Assembly: GCA_964016885.1 (NCBI GenBank) | Contig: OZ024741.1 | Location: 36,146,001 to 36,210,000 of the forward strand | Direction: 5' to 3' | DNA length: 64,000 bases | From: Eledone cirrhosa | Lineage: Eukaryota | Shown here: piece after piece, positions 1-14,600 of the stretch | How positions within the stretch are numbered: position 1 is the stretch's first letter | Layout: each line of letters starts with the position of its first letter | The notes under the pieces: generated by a model | The model's database searches: none | What the model was told of the DNA's origin: nothing | Seen by the model: the letters and a program-made list of their open reading frames with translations, nothing else | Position numbers and translations under genes: made by a program

Positions 1-3000
1 CTTCACCCAAGAACTCTTCAGCCTATAAACTCTTCACCCTAAGAACTCTTCAGCCTATGGACTCTTCAGCCTATTAACTCTTCAGCCTATGGACTCTCCA
101 GCCTATGGACTCTTCACACTAAGAACTCTTCAGCCTATGGACTCTTCAGCCTATGAACTCTTAACACTTAGAACTCTTCAGGCTATTAACTCTTCACCCT
201 AAGACCTCATCAGCCTATGGATTCTTCAACCTATGGAATCTTAAGCCTATGAACTCTTCACCCTAAGAACTCTTCAGCCTATGAACTCTTCAACCTATGT
301 ACTCTTCAGCCTATGGACTCTTCACTCTAAGAACTCTTCAGCCTATGGACTCTTCAAACTAAGAACTCTTCAGCCTATGAACTCTCCACCATAAAAACTC
401 TTCAGCCTATAGACTCTTCACACTAATTAATCTTCAGCCTATGGACTCTTCAGCCTATGAAATCTTCAGCCAATGAATTCTTTACCCTAAGAACTGTTCA
501 GCTTATGGATCAGCCTATGATCTCTTCAGCCTATGGACTCTTTAGCCTATGGACTCTTCACGCTAAGAACTCTTCAGGCTATTAACTCTTCACCCTAAGA
601 ACTCTACGCCCTATGAACTCTTCACCCTAAGAACTCTACAGCTTATAGACTCTTCAGCCTATGGACTCATCAGCCTATGAACTCTTCAGCCTATGGAAAC
701 TTCAGCCTATGGACTCTTCACCCTAAGCACTCTTCAGTCTATGGACTCTTCAACCTATATAATCTTCAGGCTATGGACACTTCAGCCTATGAGCTCTTCA
801 CACTAAGAACTCTTCAGCCTATGAACTCTTCAGCCTATGAACTCTTCACCCTAAGAACTGTTCAGCCTATGGACTCTTCAGCCTATGAAATCTTCAGCCT
901 ATGGACTCTTCAGCCTATGGACTCTTCACGCTAATAACTATTCAGCCTATGGACACTTCACCCTAAGAACTCTTCAGTCTATGAACTCTTCAGTCTATGA
1001 ACTCTTCAGCCTATGAACTCTTCACCCTTAGTACTCTTCAGGCTATTATCTCTTCACCCAAGAACTTTTCAGCCTATGAACTCTTCACCCTAAGAACTCT
1101 TCAGCCTATGGACACTTCAGCCTATGAACTCTTCACACTAAGAACTCTTCAGCCTATGAACTCTTCAGCCTATGAACTCTTCACACTAAGAAATCTTCAG
1201 CCTATGAACTATTCAGCCTATGAACTCTTCACCCTAAGAACTCTTCAGCCTATGGACTCTTCAGCCTATGAACTCTTCAGCCTATGAACTCTTCAGCCTA
1301 TGGACTCTTCAGCCAATGAACTCCTCACACTAAGAACTCTTCAGCCTATGGACTCTTCAACCTATGGACTCTTCAGCCTATGCACTCCTCATTCTAAGAA
1401 CTATTCAGCCTATGGACTCTTCAGCCTATGAACTCTTCACTCTAAGAACTCTTCAGCTTATGGACTCTTCAGCATATGAACTCTTCAGCCTATGGACTCT
1501 TCAGCCTAAGTATTCTTCACGCTAAGATTTCTTCAGGCTATGGAGTATTCTGCCTATGAACTCTTCACTCTTAGAACTCTTCAGGCTATTAACTCTTCAC
1601 CCTAAGAACTCTTCAGCCTATGGATTCTTCAGCCTATGGACTCTTAAGCCTATGAACTCTTCACCCTAAGAACTCTTAAGCCTATGAACTCCTCAGCCTA
1701 TGAACTCTTCAGCCTTTGGACTCCTCAGCCTATGGACTCTTCACTCTAAGAACTCTTCAGCCTATGAACTCTTCAGCCTATGAACTCTTCACACTAAGAA
1801 ATCTTCAGCCTATGAACTATTCAGCCTATGAACTCTTCAACCTATGGACTCTTCAGCCTATGGACTCCTCATTCTAAGAACTATTCAGCCTATGGATTCT
1901 TCAGCCTATGAACTCTTCACTCTAAGAACTTTTCAGCTTATGGACTCTTCAGCATATGAACTCTTCAGCCTATGGACTCTTCAGCCTAAGTATTCTTCAC
2001 GCTAAGAATTCTTCAGCCTATGGAGTATTCTGCCTATGAACTTTTCACCCTTAGAACTCTTCGACCTATGAACTCTTCACCCTAAGAACTCTTCAGGCTA
2101 TGGACTCATCAGCCTATGAACTCTTCACCCTAAGAACTCTTCAGTCTATGAACTCTTCCACCTAAGGACTCTTAAGCCTATGGACTCTTCACGCTAAGCA
2201 CTCTTCATCCTAAGCACTCTTCAGCCTATGGACTCTTCAGCCTCCGACTCTTCAGCCTATGGACTCTTCAGGCTATGGACTCTTCGGGCTATGAACTCTT
2301 CAGCCTATGGACTCTTCAGTCTATAGACTCTTCAGCCTATGAACTTTTCAGCCTATGGACTCTTCACTCTTAGAACTCATCAGCCTAAGAACTGTTCAGC
2401 CTATGGACACTTCACCCTAAGCACTATTCAGCCTATGGACTCTTCAACCTATATACTCTTCAGCCTATGGACACTTCAGCCTATGAACTCTTCACACTAA
2501 GAACTCTTCAGCCTATGAACACTTCAGCCTATGAACACTTCACCCTAAGAACTCTTCAGCCTATGGACTCTTCAGCCTATGAACTCTTCAGCCTATGAAC
2601 TTTTCAACCTATGGACTCTTCAGCCAATGAACTCTTCACACTAAGAACTATTCACCCTATGGACTCTTCAGCCTATGAACTCTTCATCCTAAGAACTCTT
2701 CAGCTTATGGACTCTTCAGCCTATGAACTCTTCAGCCTATGGACTCTTCAGCCTATGGACTCTTCACGCTAAGAATTCTTCAGCCTATGGAGTATTCTGC
2801 CTATGAACTCTTCACCCTTAGAACTCTTCAGGCTATTAACTCTTCACACTAAGAACTCTTCAGCCTATGGACTCTTCAGCCTATGGACTCTTCATTCTAA
2901 GAACTCTTCAGCCTATGGACACTTCAGCCTCTGAACTCTTCACCCTAAGAACTCTTCAGCTTGTGGACTCTTCAGCCTATGAACTCTACAGCTTGTGGAC

Positions 3001-6000
3001 TCTTCAGGCTATTAACTCTTCACCCTATCAACTCTTCAGCCTATGGACTCTTCAGCCAATGAACTCTTCACCCTAAGAACTCTTCAGCCTATGAACTCTT
3101 CAACCTATGGACTCTTCAGCCTATGGACTCTTCATTCTAAGAACTCTTCAGCCTATGGACTACTCAGCCAATGAACTCTTCACCATAAGAACTCTTCAGC
3201 CTATGGACTCTTCACTCTAAGAACTCTTCAGCCTATGGACTCTTCAGTCTTTGGATTCTTCACGCTAAGAATTCTTCAGCCAATGGACTATTCTGCCTAT
3301 GAAATCTTCACCCTTAGAACTCTTCAGGCTATTATCTCTTCACCCTAAGAACTCTTCGGCCTATGAACTCTTCACCTTAAGAACTCTTCATTCTATGGAC
3401 TCATCAGCCTATGAAATCTTCACCCTCAGAACTCTTCAGCCTATGAACTCTTCAGCCTCTGAACTCTTCAGCTTATGGACTCTTCAGCCTATGAACTCTT
3501 CACCCTAAGAACTCTTCAGTCTATGAACTCTTCCACCTAAGGACTCTTAAGCCTATGGACTCTTCACCCTAAGCATTCTTCACCCTAAGCACTCTTCAGC
3601 CTATGGACTCTTCAGCCTCCGACTCTTCAGCCTATGGGCTCTCAGCCTATGGACTCTTCAGCCTATGAATTTTTACCCTAAGAACTCTTCAGCCTGTGAA
3701 ATCTTCGCCCTAAGAATTCTTCAGACTATGGGCTCTTCACCCTAAGAACTATACAGCCTATGGACTCTTCAGCCTATGAACTCCTCAACCTATGGACTCT
3801 TCAGCCTATGAACTCTTCACACTTAAATCTCTTCAGCCTATGAGCTCTTCACACTAAGAACTCTTCAGCCTATGATCTCTTCAGCCTATGGACTCTTCAG
3901 CCTATGAACGTTTAAGCCTATGGACTCTTCAGCCTATGGACTCTTCACCCTAAGAACTCTTCAGCCTATGGACTCTTTAGCCTATGAACTCTTCACCCTA
4001 AGTACTCTTAAGCCTATGAACTCTTCAGCCTATGGACTCCTCAGCCAATGAACTATTCACCCTAATAACTCTTAAGCCTATGAACTCTTCAGCCTATGAA
4101 CGCTTCAGCCTATGGACTCTTCAGCCTATGAATTATTCACCCTAAGAACTCTTCAGTCTATGAACTCTTCCACCTAAGGACTCTTAAGCCTATGGACTCT
4201 TCACCCTAAGCACTCTTAACCGTAACCACTCTTCAGCCTATGGACTCTTCAGCCTTCGACTCTTCAGCCTATGGACTCTTCAGCCTATGGACTCATCAGC
4301 CTATGATCTCTTTACCCTAAGAACTCTTCAGCCTGTGAAATATTCGCCCTAAGAATTCTTCAGCCTATGGGCTCTTCACCCGAAGAACTATTCAGCCTAT
4401 GGACTCTTCAGCCTATGAACTCTTCACACTTAAAACTCTTCAGCCTATGAACTCTTCACCTTAAGAACTCTTCAGCCTATGGACTCTTCAGCCTATGGAC
4501 TCTTCAGCCTAAGAACTTTTCAGCCTATGGACTCTTCAGCCTATGGACTCTTCACCCTAAGAACTCTTCAGCCTATGGACTCTTCAGCCTATGAAATCTT
4601 CAGCCTATCAACTCTTCTGCCTATGAACTGTTCACCCTTAGAACTCTTCAGCCTACGAACTCTTCACCCTAAGAACTCTTTAGCCTATGGACTCTTCAGT
4701 CTATAGATTCTTCAGCCTATGAACTTTTCAGCCTATGGACTCTTCACTCTTAAAATTCATCAGCCTAAGAACTGTTCAGCCTATGGACACTTCACCCTAA
4801 GCACTATTCAGCCTATGGACTCTTCAATCTATATACTCTTCAGCCTATGAACTCTTCAGTCTATGAACTCTTCACCCTAAGAACTCTTCAGCCTATGGAC
4901 TCTTCTGCCTATGAACTCTTCATTCTATGAACTCTTCAGCCTATGGACTCTTCAGCCAATGAACTCTTCACACTAAGAACTCTTCAGCCTATGAACTCTT
5001 CAACCTATGGACTCTTCAGCCTATGGACTCTTCATTCTAAGAACTCTTAAGCCTATGTACTCTTCAGACTATTAACTCTTCACCCTAAGAACTCTTCAGC
5101 TTATGAATTCTTCAGCCGAAGAAATCTTCAGCCTATAGACTCTTCAGTCTATGGACTCTTCACTCTAAGAACTCTTCAGTCTATGGACTCTTCAGTCTAT
5201 GGACTCTTCACTCTAAGAACTCTTCAGTCTATGGACTCTTCACTCTATGAACTCTTCTCCCTCAGAACTCTTCAGCCTATGAACTCTTCACCATAAAAAC
5301 TCTTCAGCCTATCGACTCTTCACCCTATGAACTCTTCAGCCTATGGACTCTTCACCCTATGAACTCTTCAGCCCATGAACTCTTCACCCTAAGAACTCTT
5401 CTGCTTATGGACTCTTCAGCCTACGAACTCTTCAGCCTATGAACTCTTCACCCTAAGAACTCTTCAGCTTATGGACTCTTCAGCCTATGAACTCGTCAGC
5501 CTATGAAATATTCACCCTAAGAACTCTTCGGCCTATGAACTCTTCACCCTAAGAACTCTTCAGCCTATAGACTCTTCAGCCTATGAAATCATCAGCCTAT
5601 GAACTCCTCAGCCTATGGATTCTTCAGCCTATGGACTCTTCACCCTAAGCACTCTTCAGCCTATGGACTATTCAACCTATATATTCTTCAGCCTATGGAC
5701 ACTTCAGCCTATGAACTCTTCACACTAAGAACTCTTCACACTATGAACTCTTCAGCCTATGAACTTTTGAAACTATGGAAGCTTCAGCCTATGGACTCTT
5801 CGCACTAAGAACTCTTCAGCCTATGGACTCTTCACCCTAAGAACTCTTCAGTCTATGAACTCTTCAGTCTATGAACACTTCAGCCTATGAACTCTTCTCT
5901 CTTAGAACTCTTCAGTCTATTATCTCTTCACCCAAGAACTCTTCAGCCTATGAACTGTTCACCCTAAGAACTCTTCAGCCTATGGACTCTTCAGCCTATG

Positions 6001-8609
6001 GACTCTTCACACTAAGAAGTCTTCAGCCTATGAACTGTTCACACTTAGAACTCTTTAGCCTAAGAACTCTTCAGCCTATGGACACTTCAGCCTATGAACT
6101 CTTCACCCTTAGAACTCTTCAGCCTATGAACTCTTCAACCTTAGAACTCTTCAGGCTATGAACTCTTCACCCTAAGAACTCTTCAGCCTATGGCTCTTCA
6201 GCTTATGCACTCTTCAGACTTTGAAATTTTCAGCCTATGGACTCTTCAGCCTATGGACTCTTCACCCTAAGAACTCTTCAGCCTATGGACTCTTCAGCCT
6301 ATGAACTCTTTAGCCTATGGACTCTTCAGCCTATGGACTCTTCACCCTAAGAACTCTTCAGCCTATGGACTCTTCACCCTAAGCACTCTTAAGCCTATGA
6401 ACTATTCAGTCTATGAACTCTTCAGCCTATGATCTGTTCACCCTTAGAACTCTTCAGCCTATGAACTCTTCAGCCTTTGGTCTCTTCACCCTAAGAACTC
6501 TTCAGCCAATGAAATCTTCACCCTAAGAACTCTTCAGCTTATGGACTCTTCAGCCTATGAACTCTTCAACCTATGGACTCTTCATCCTATGGACTCTTCA
6601 TTCTAAGAACTCTTCAGCCTATGGAGTATTCTGCCTATGAACTCTTCACCCTTAGAACTCTTCAGGCTATTAAATCTTCACCCTAAGAGCTCTTCAGCTT
6701 ATGGACTCTTCAGCCTATGAACTCTTCAGCCTATTGTCTCTCCAGCCTATGGACTCTTCACGCTAAGAATTCTTCAGCCTATGGAGTATTCTGCCTATGA
6801 ACTCTTCACACTTAGAACTCTTCAGGCTATTAAATCTTCAACCTAAGAACTCTTCAGCCTATGGATTATTCAGCCTATGGACTCTTAAGCCTATGAACTC
6901 TTCACCCTAAGAACTCTTAAGCTTATGAACTCTTCAGCCTATGAACTCTCCAGCCTATGGACTCCTCAGCCAATGTACTCTTCACCCTAAGAACTCTTCA
7001 GCCTATCAATTCTTCAACCTATGGACTCTTCAGCCTATGGACTCTTCACTCTAAGAATTCTTCAGGCTATTAACTCTTCACCCTAAGAACTATTCGGCCT
7101 ATGAACTCTTCACCCTAAGAACACTTCAACCTATGGACACTTCAGCCTATGGACTCTTCATTCTAAGAACTCTTCAGCCTATGGACTCTTCAGACTATGC
7201 ACTCTTCACCCTTAGAACTCTTCAGGCTATTAAGTCTTCGGCCTATGGACTCTTCAGCCAATGAATTCTTCACTCTAAGAACTCTTCAGCCTATGGGTTC
7301 AAGAGCCTATGAACTCCTCAACCAATGGACTCTTTACCCTAAGAACTCTTCAGTCTATGAACTCTTCTGGCTATGAACTCTTCACTCTATGAACTCTTCA
7401 CACTAAAAACTCTTCAGCCTATGAACTCTTCCCCATAAAAACTGTTCAGCCTATGGACTCTTCACCCTAAGAACTCTTCAGCCTATGGACTTTTCAAACT
7501 ATGAACACTTCAGCCTATGGACTCTACAGCCTGTGGATTCTTCAGCCTATGGACTCTTGAGCCTATAGACTCTTCAGCCTATTGACACTTCAGCCTATGA
7601 ACTCTTCACACTAAGAACTCTTCAGCCTATGGACTCTTCAGCCTATGGACTCTTCACGCTAAGAATTCTTCAGCCTATGGACTATTCTGCCTATGAACTC
7701 TTCACCCTTAGAACTCTTCAGGCTATTAACTCTTAACCCTAAGAAATCTTCGGCCTATGAACTCTTCACCCTTAAGAACTCTTCACCCTATGGACTCTTC
7801 AGCCTATGAACTGCTCAGCCTATGAACTCTTCCACGTAAGGACTCTTCAGCCAATGAACTCTTCAGCCTATGAACTCTTCCACCTAAGGACTCTTCAGCC
7901 TATGGACTCTTCACCCTAAGCACTCTTCAGCCTATGGACTCTTCAGCCTATGAACTATTCTGCCTATGGACTCTTCAGCCTATGGACTCTTCAGCCTATG
8001 AAGTCTTTACCCTAAGAACTCTTCAGCTTGTGAACTCTTCGTCCTAAGAATTCTTCAGGATATTGGCTCTTCACCCGAAGAACTATTCAGCCTATGGACT
8101 CTTCAGCCTATGAACTCTTCACCCTTAGAACTCTTCAGCCTATAGTCTCTTCAGACTATGGACTCATCAGCCTATGAACCCTTCAGCCTATGGACTCTTC
8201 AGCCTATGAACTCTTCAGCCTATGGACTCTTCACCCTATGGACTCTTCACCCTAAGAACTCTTCAGCCTATGGACTCTTCACTCTAAGCACTCTTCAGCT
8301 TATGAACTCTTCAGTCTATGAAATCTTCAGCCTATGAACTGTTCACCCTTAGAACTCTTCAGCCTATGAACTCTTCACCCTAAGAACTCTTCAGCCTATG
8401 GATTCTTCAGCCTATGGACTCTTTAGCCTATGACCTCTTCACCCTAAGAACTCTTCAGCCTATGAACTCTTCAGCCTATGAACTCTTCGGCCTATGTACT
8501 CTTCAGTCTATGGACTCTTCACTCTAAGAACTCTTCAGTCTATGGACTCTTCAGTCTATGAACTCTTCAGCCTAGCAACTATTTACCCTAAGAACTCTTC
8601 AGCCTATGA
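1..8609 (+). repeat. Segmental duplication copy 1 (at least 8.6 kb, left end outside window), near-identical to 16694-25302
   Basis: Seven ORF pairs have identical translations at a constant offset of 16,693 (677/17370, 997/17690, 2867/19560, 3299/19992, 4479/21172, 5599/22292, 5871/22564). Rare markers match (CACTAATTAAT 421/17114, CCTAGCAAC 8571/25264). The match ends at 8609/25302. Confidence 0.95.
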
Positions 8610-11600
8610 TCTCTTCAGTCTATGAACTCTTCAGCCTATGAACTGTTCACCCTTAGAACTCTTCAGCCTATGAACTCTTCACCCTAAGAACTCTTCAGCC
8701 TATGGATTCTTCAACCTATGGACTATTTAGCCTATGAACTCTTCACCCTAAGAACTCTTCAGCCTATGAACTCTTCGGCCTATGGACTCTTCAGTCTATG
8801 GACTCTTCACTCTAAGAACTCTTTAGTCTATGGACTCTTCAGTCTATGGACTCTTCAGCCTATGAACTGTTCACCCTTAGAACTCTTCAGCCTATGAACT
8901 CTTCACCCTAAGAACTCTTCCGCCTATGAACTCTTCAACCTATGGACTCTTCAGCCTATGAACTCTTCACCCTTAGAACTCTTCAGCCTCTGAACTCTTC
9001 ACCATAAAATCTCTTCAGCCTATCGACTCTTCACCCTAAGAACTCTTCAGCCTATGGACTCTTCAGCCTATGAACTCTTCAGCCTATGAAATATTCACCC
9101 TAAGTACTCTTCAGCTTATGGACTCTTCAGCCTATGAACTCTTCAGCCTATGGACTCTTCAGCCTATGAACTCTTCACGCTAAGAATTCTTCAGCCTATG
9201 GGCTATTCTGCCTATGAACTCTTCACCCTTAGAACTCTTCAGGCTACTAACTCTTCACACTAAGATCTCTTCGGCCTATGAACTCTTCACCCTAAGAACT
9301 CTTCAGACTATAGACTCTTCAGCCTATGAACTCATCAGCCTATGAACTCTTCAGCCTATGGATTCTTCAGCCTATGAACTCTTCACCCTAAGAACTCTTC
9401 AGACTATGAACTCTTCCACCTATGGATTCTTCAGCCTATGGACTCTTCACCCTAAGCACTCTTCAGCCTATGGACTCTTCAACCTATATATTCTTCAGCC
9501 TATGGACACTTCAGCCTATGAACTCTTCACACTAAGAACTCTTCACACTATGAACTCTTCAGCCTATGAACTCTTCAACCTATGGAATCTTCAGCTTATG
9601 GAATCTTCACACTAAGAACTCTTCAGCCTATGGACTCTTCACCCTAAGAACTCTTCAGTCTATGAACTCTTCAGTCTATGAACTCTTCAGCCTATGAACT
9701 GTTCAGCCTTAGAACTCTTCAGCCTATGAACTCTTCACTCTTAGAACTCTTCAGGCTATTATCTCTTCACCCAAGAACTCTTCAGCCTATGAACTGTTCA
9801 CCCTCAGAACTCTTCAGCCTATGGACTCTTCAGCCTATGGACTCTTCACACTAAGAAGTCTTCAGCCTATGAACTGTTCACTCTTAGAACTCTTTACTCT
9901 AAGAATTCTTCAGCCTATGGACACTTCAGCATATGAACTCTTCGCCCTTAGAACTCTTCAGCCTATGAACTCTTCAACCTTAGAACTCTTCAGGCTATTA
10001 ACTCTTCACACTAAGAACTGTTCTGCCTATTAACTCTTCACCCTAAGAGCTCTTCAGCCTATGGATTCTTCAGCCTATGGACTCTTAAGCCTATGAACTC
10101 TTCACCCTAAGAACTCTTCAGCCTATGCACTCTTCAGCCTATGAACTTTTCAGCCTATGGACTCTTCAGCCTATGGACTCTTCACCCAAAGAACTCTTCA
10201 GCCTATGGCTCTTCAGCCTATGAACTTTTCAGCCTATGGACTCTTCAGCCTATGGACTCTTCACCCTAAGAACTCCTCAGCCTATGGACTCTTCACCCTA
10301 AGCACTCTTCTGCCTATGAACTATTCAGTCTATGAACTCTTCAGCCTATGGTCTCTTCACCCTAAGAACTCTTCAGCCTATGAACTCTTCACCCTAAGAA
10401 CTCTTCAGCCTATTGACTCTTCAGCCTATGAACTCTTCACCCAAGAACTCTTCAGCCTATAAACTCTTCACCCTAAGAACTCTTCAGCCTATGGACACTT
10501 TAGCCTATTAACTCTTCAGCCTATGGACTCTTCAGCCTATGGACTCTTCACACTAAGAACTCTTCAGCCGATGGACTCTTCAGCCTATGAACTCTTAACA
10601 CTTAGAACTCTTCAGGCTATTAACTCTTCACCCTAAGACCTCATCAGACTATGGATTCTTCAACCTATGGAATCTTAAGCCTATGAACTCTTCACCCTAA
10701 GAACTCTTCAGCCTATGAACTCTTCAATCTATGTACTCTTCAGCCTATGGACTCTTCACTCTAATAACTCTTCAGCCTATGGACTCTTCACACTAAGAAC
10801 TCTTCAGCCTATGAACTCTCCACCATAAAAACTCTTCAGCCTATAGACTCTTCACACTAATTAATCCTCAGCCTATGGACTCTTCAGCCTATGAAATCTT
10901 CAGCCAATGAATTCTTTACCCTAAGAACTCTTCAGCTTATGGAGTTCAGCCTATGAACTCTTCAGCCTATGGACTCTTCAGCCTATGGACTCTTCTGCCT
11001 ATGAACTCTTCACCCTAGGAACTCTTCAGCTTATGGACGCTTCAGCCTATGAACTCTTTAGCCTATTGTCTCTCCAGCCTATGGACTCTTCACGCTAAGA
11101 ATTATTCAGCCTATGGAGTATTCTGCCTATGAACTCTTCAACCTTAGAACTTTTCAGGCTATTAAATATTCAACCTAAGAACTCTTCAGCCTATGGATTC
11201 TTCAGCCTATGGACTCTTAAGCCTATGAACTCTTCACCCTAAGAACTCTTAAGCTATGAAATCTTCAGCCTATGAACTCTTCAGCCTATGGACTCCTCAG
11301 CCAACGTACTCTTCACCCTAAGAACTCTTCAGCCTATGAATTCTTCAACCTATGGACTCTTCAGCCTATGGACTCTTCACTCTAAGAATTCTTCAGGCTA
11401 TTAACTCTTCACCGTAAGAACTCTTCAGCCTATGGACTCTCCATTCTAAGAACTCTTCAGCCTATGGACTCTTCAGACTATGCACTCTTCACCCTTAGAA
11501 CTCCTCAGGCTATTAAGTCTCAGCCTATGGACTCTTCAGCCAATGAATTCTTCACCCTCAGAACTCTTCAGCCTATAAACTCTTAGACCTATGGACTCTT

Positions 11601-14600
11601 CAGCCTATGGACTTTTCACTCTAAGAACACTTCAGCCTATGGACTCAAGAGACTATGAACTCTTCAACCAATGGACTCTTTACCCTAAGAAATCTTCAGC
11701 CTATGAACTCTTCTGGCTATGAACACTTCACTCTATGAACTCTTCACCCTAAAAACTCTTCAGCCTATGAACTCTTCCCCATAAAAACTGTTCAGCCTAT
11801 GGACTCTTCACCCTAAGAACTCTTCAGCCTATGGACTTTTCAGCCTATGAACTCTTCAGCCTATGGACTCTACAGCCTGTGGATTCTTCAGCCTATGGAC
11901 TCTTGAGCCTATAGACTCTTCAGCCTATGGACACTTCAGCCTATGAACTCTTCACACGAAGAACTCTTCAGCCTATGGACTCTTCAGCCTATGGACTCTT
12001 CACGCTAAGAATTCTTCAGCCTATGGACTATTCTGCCTATGAACTCTTCACCCTTAGAACTCTTCAGGCTATTAACTCTTCACCCTAAGAACTCTTCGGC
12101 CTACGAACTCTTCACCCTAAGAACTCTTCACCCTATGGACTCTTCAGCCTATGAACTCTTCCACCTAAGGACTCTTCAGCCTATGAACTCTTCAGCCTAT
12201 GAATTCTACAGCCTATGAACTCTTCCACCTAAGGACTCTTCAGCCTATGGACTCTTCACCCTAAGCACTCTTCAGCCTATGGACTCTTCAGCCTATGAAC
12301 TCTTTTGCCTATGGACTCTTCAGCCTATGGACTTTTCAGCCTATGAACTCTTTACCCTAAGAATTCTTCAGCCTGTGAACTCTTCGTTCTAAGAATTCTT
12401 CAGGATATGGGCTCTTCACCCGAAGAACTATTCAGCCTATGGACTCTTCAGCCTATGAACTCTTCACCCTTAGAACTCTTCAGTCTATGAACTCTTCACC
12501 CTAAGAACTCTTCAGCCTATAGTCTCTTCAGACTATGGACTCTTCAGCCTATGAACTTTTCAGCCTATGGACTCTTCACCCTAAGAACCCTTCAGCCTAT
12601 GGACTCTTCAGACTATGAACTCTTCAGCCTATGGACTCTTCACCCTATGGACTCTTCACCATAAGAACTCTTCAGCCTATGGACTCTTCACCCTAAGCAC
12701 TCTTCAGCCTATGAACTCTTCAGTCTATGAACTCTTCAGCCTATGAAATGTTCACCCTTAGAACTCTTCAGCCTATGAACTCTTCACCCTAAGAACTCTT
12801 CAGCCTATGGATTCTTCAACCTATGGACTATTTAGCCTATGAACTCTTCACCCTAAGAACTCTTCAGCCTATGAACTCTTCGGCCTATGGACTCTTCAGT
12901 CTATGGACTCTTCACTCTAAGAACTCTTTAGTCTATGGACTCTTCAGTCTATGGACTCTTCAGCCTATGAACTGTTCACCCTTAGAACTCTTCAGCCTAT
13001 GAACTCTTCACCCTAAGAACTCTTCAGCCTATGAACTCTTCAACCTATGGACTCTTCAGCCTATGAACTCTTCACCCTTAGAACTCTTCAGCCTATGAAC
13101 TCTTCACCCTAAGAACTCTTCAGCCTATAGTCTCTTCAGACTATGGACTCTTCAGCCTATGAACTTTTCAGCCTATGGAATCTTCAGCCTATGGACTATT
13201 CACCCTAAGAACCCTTCAGTCTATGGACTCTTCAGCCTATGAACTCTTCAGCCTATGGACTCTTCAGTCTATGGAATCTTCACTCTAAGAACTCTTCAGT
13301 CTATGGACTCTTCAGTCTATGGACTCTTCACTCTAGGAACTCTTCAGCCTATGGACTCTTCAGTCTATGGACTCTTCACTCTAAGAACTCTTCAGGCTAT
13401 GAACTCTTCACTCTATGAACTCTTCTCCCTCAGAACTCTTCAGCCTATGAACTCTTCACCATAAAATCTCTTCAGCCTATCGACTCTTCACCCTAAGAAC
13501 TCTTCAGCCTATGGACTCTTCAGCCTATAAACTCTTCAGCCTATGAACTCTTCACCCTAAGAACTCTTCAGCTTATGGACTCTTCAGCCTATGAACTCGT
13601 CAGCCTATGAAATATTCCCCCTAAGTACTCTTCAGCTTATGGACTCTTCAGCCTATGAACTCTTCAGCCTATGGACTCTTCAGCCTATGAACTCTTCACG
13701 CTAAGAATTCTTCAGCCTATGGGCTATTCTGCCTATGAACTCTTCACCCTTAGAACTCTTCAGGCTACTAACTCTTCACCGTAAGATCTCTTCGGCCTAT
13801 GGACTCTTCACCCTAAGAACTCTTCAGTCTATGAACTCTTCAGTCTATGAACTCTTCAGCCTATGAACTGTTCAGCCTTAGAACTCTTCAGCCTATGAAC
13901 TCTTCACTCTTAGAAAGCTTCAGGCTATTATCTCTTCACCCAAGAACTTTTCAGCCTATGAACTGTTCACCCTCAGAACTCTTCAGCCTATGGACTCTTC
14001 AGCCTATGGACTCTTCACACTAAGACGTCTTCAGCCTATGAACTGTTCACTCTTAGAACTCTTTAGCCTAAGAACTCTTCAGCCTATGGACACTTCAGCA
14101 TATGAACTCTTCGCCCTTAGAACTCTTCAGCCTATGAACTCTTCAACCTTAGAACTCTTCAGGCTATTAACTCTTCACACTAAGAACTCTTCAGCCTATG
14201 CACTCTTCAGCCTATGAACTTTTCAGCCTATGGACTCTTCAGCCTATGGACTCTTCACCCAAAGAACTCTTCAGCCTATGGCTCTTCACCCTAAGAACTC
14301 TTCAGCCTATGGACTCTTCAGCCTATTAACTCTTCAGCCTATGGACTCTTCAGCCTATGGACTCTTCACACTAAGAACTCTTCAGCCTATGAACTCTTAA
14401 CATTAGAACTCTTCAGGCTATTAACTCTTCACCGTAAGACCTCATCAGCCTATGAACTCTTCAATCTATGTACTCTTCAGCCTGTGGACTCTTCACTCTA
14501 AGAACTCCTCGGCCTATGGACTCTTCACACTAAGAACTTTTCAGCCTATGAACTCTCCACCATAAAAACTCTTCAGCCTATAGACTCTTCACACTAATTA

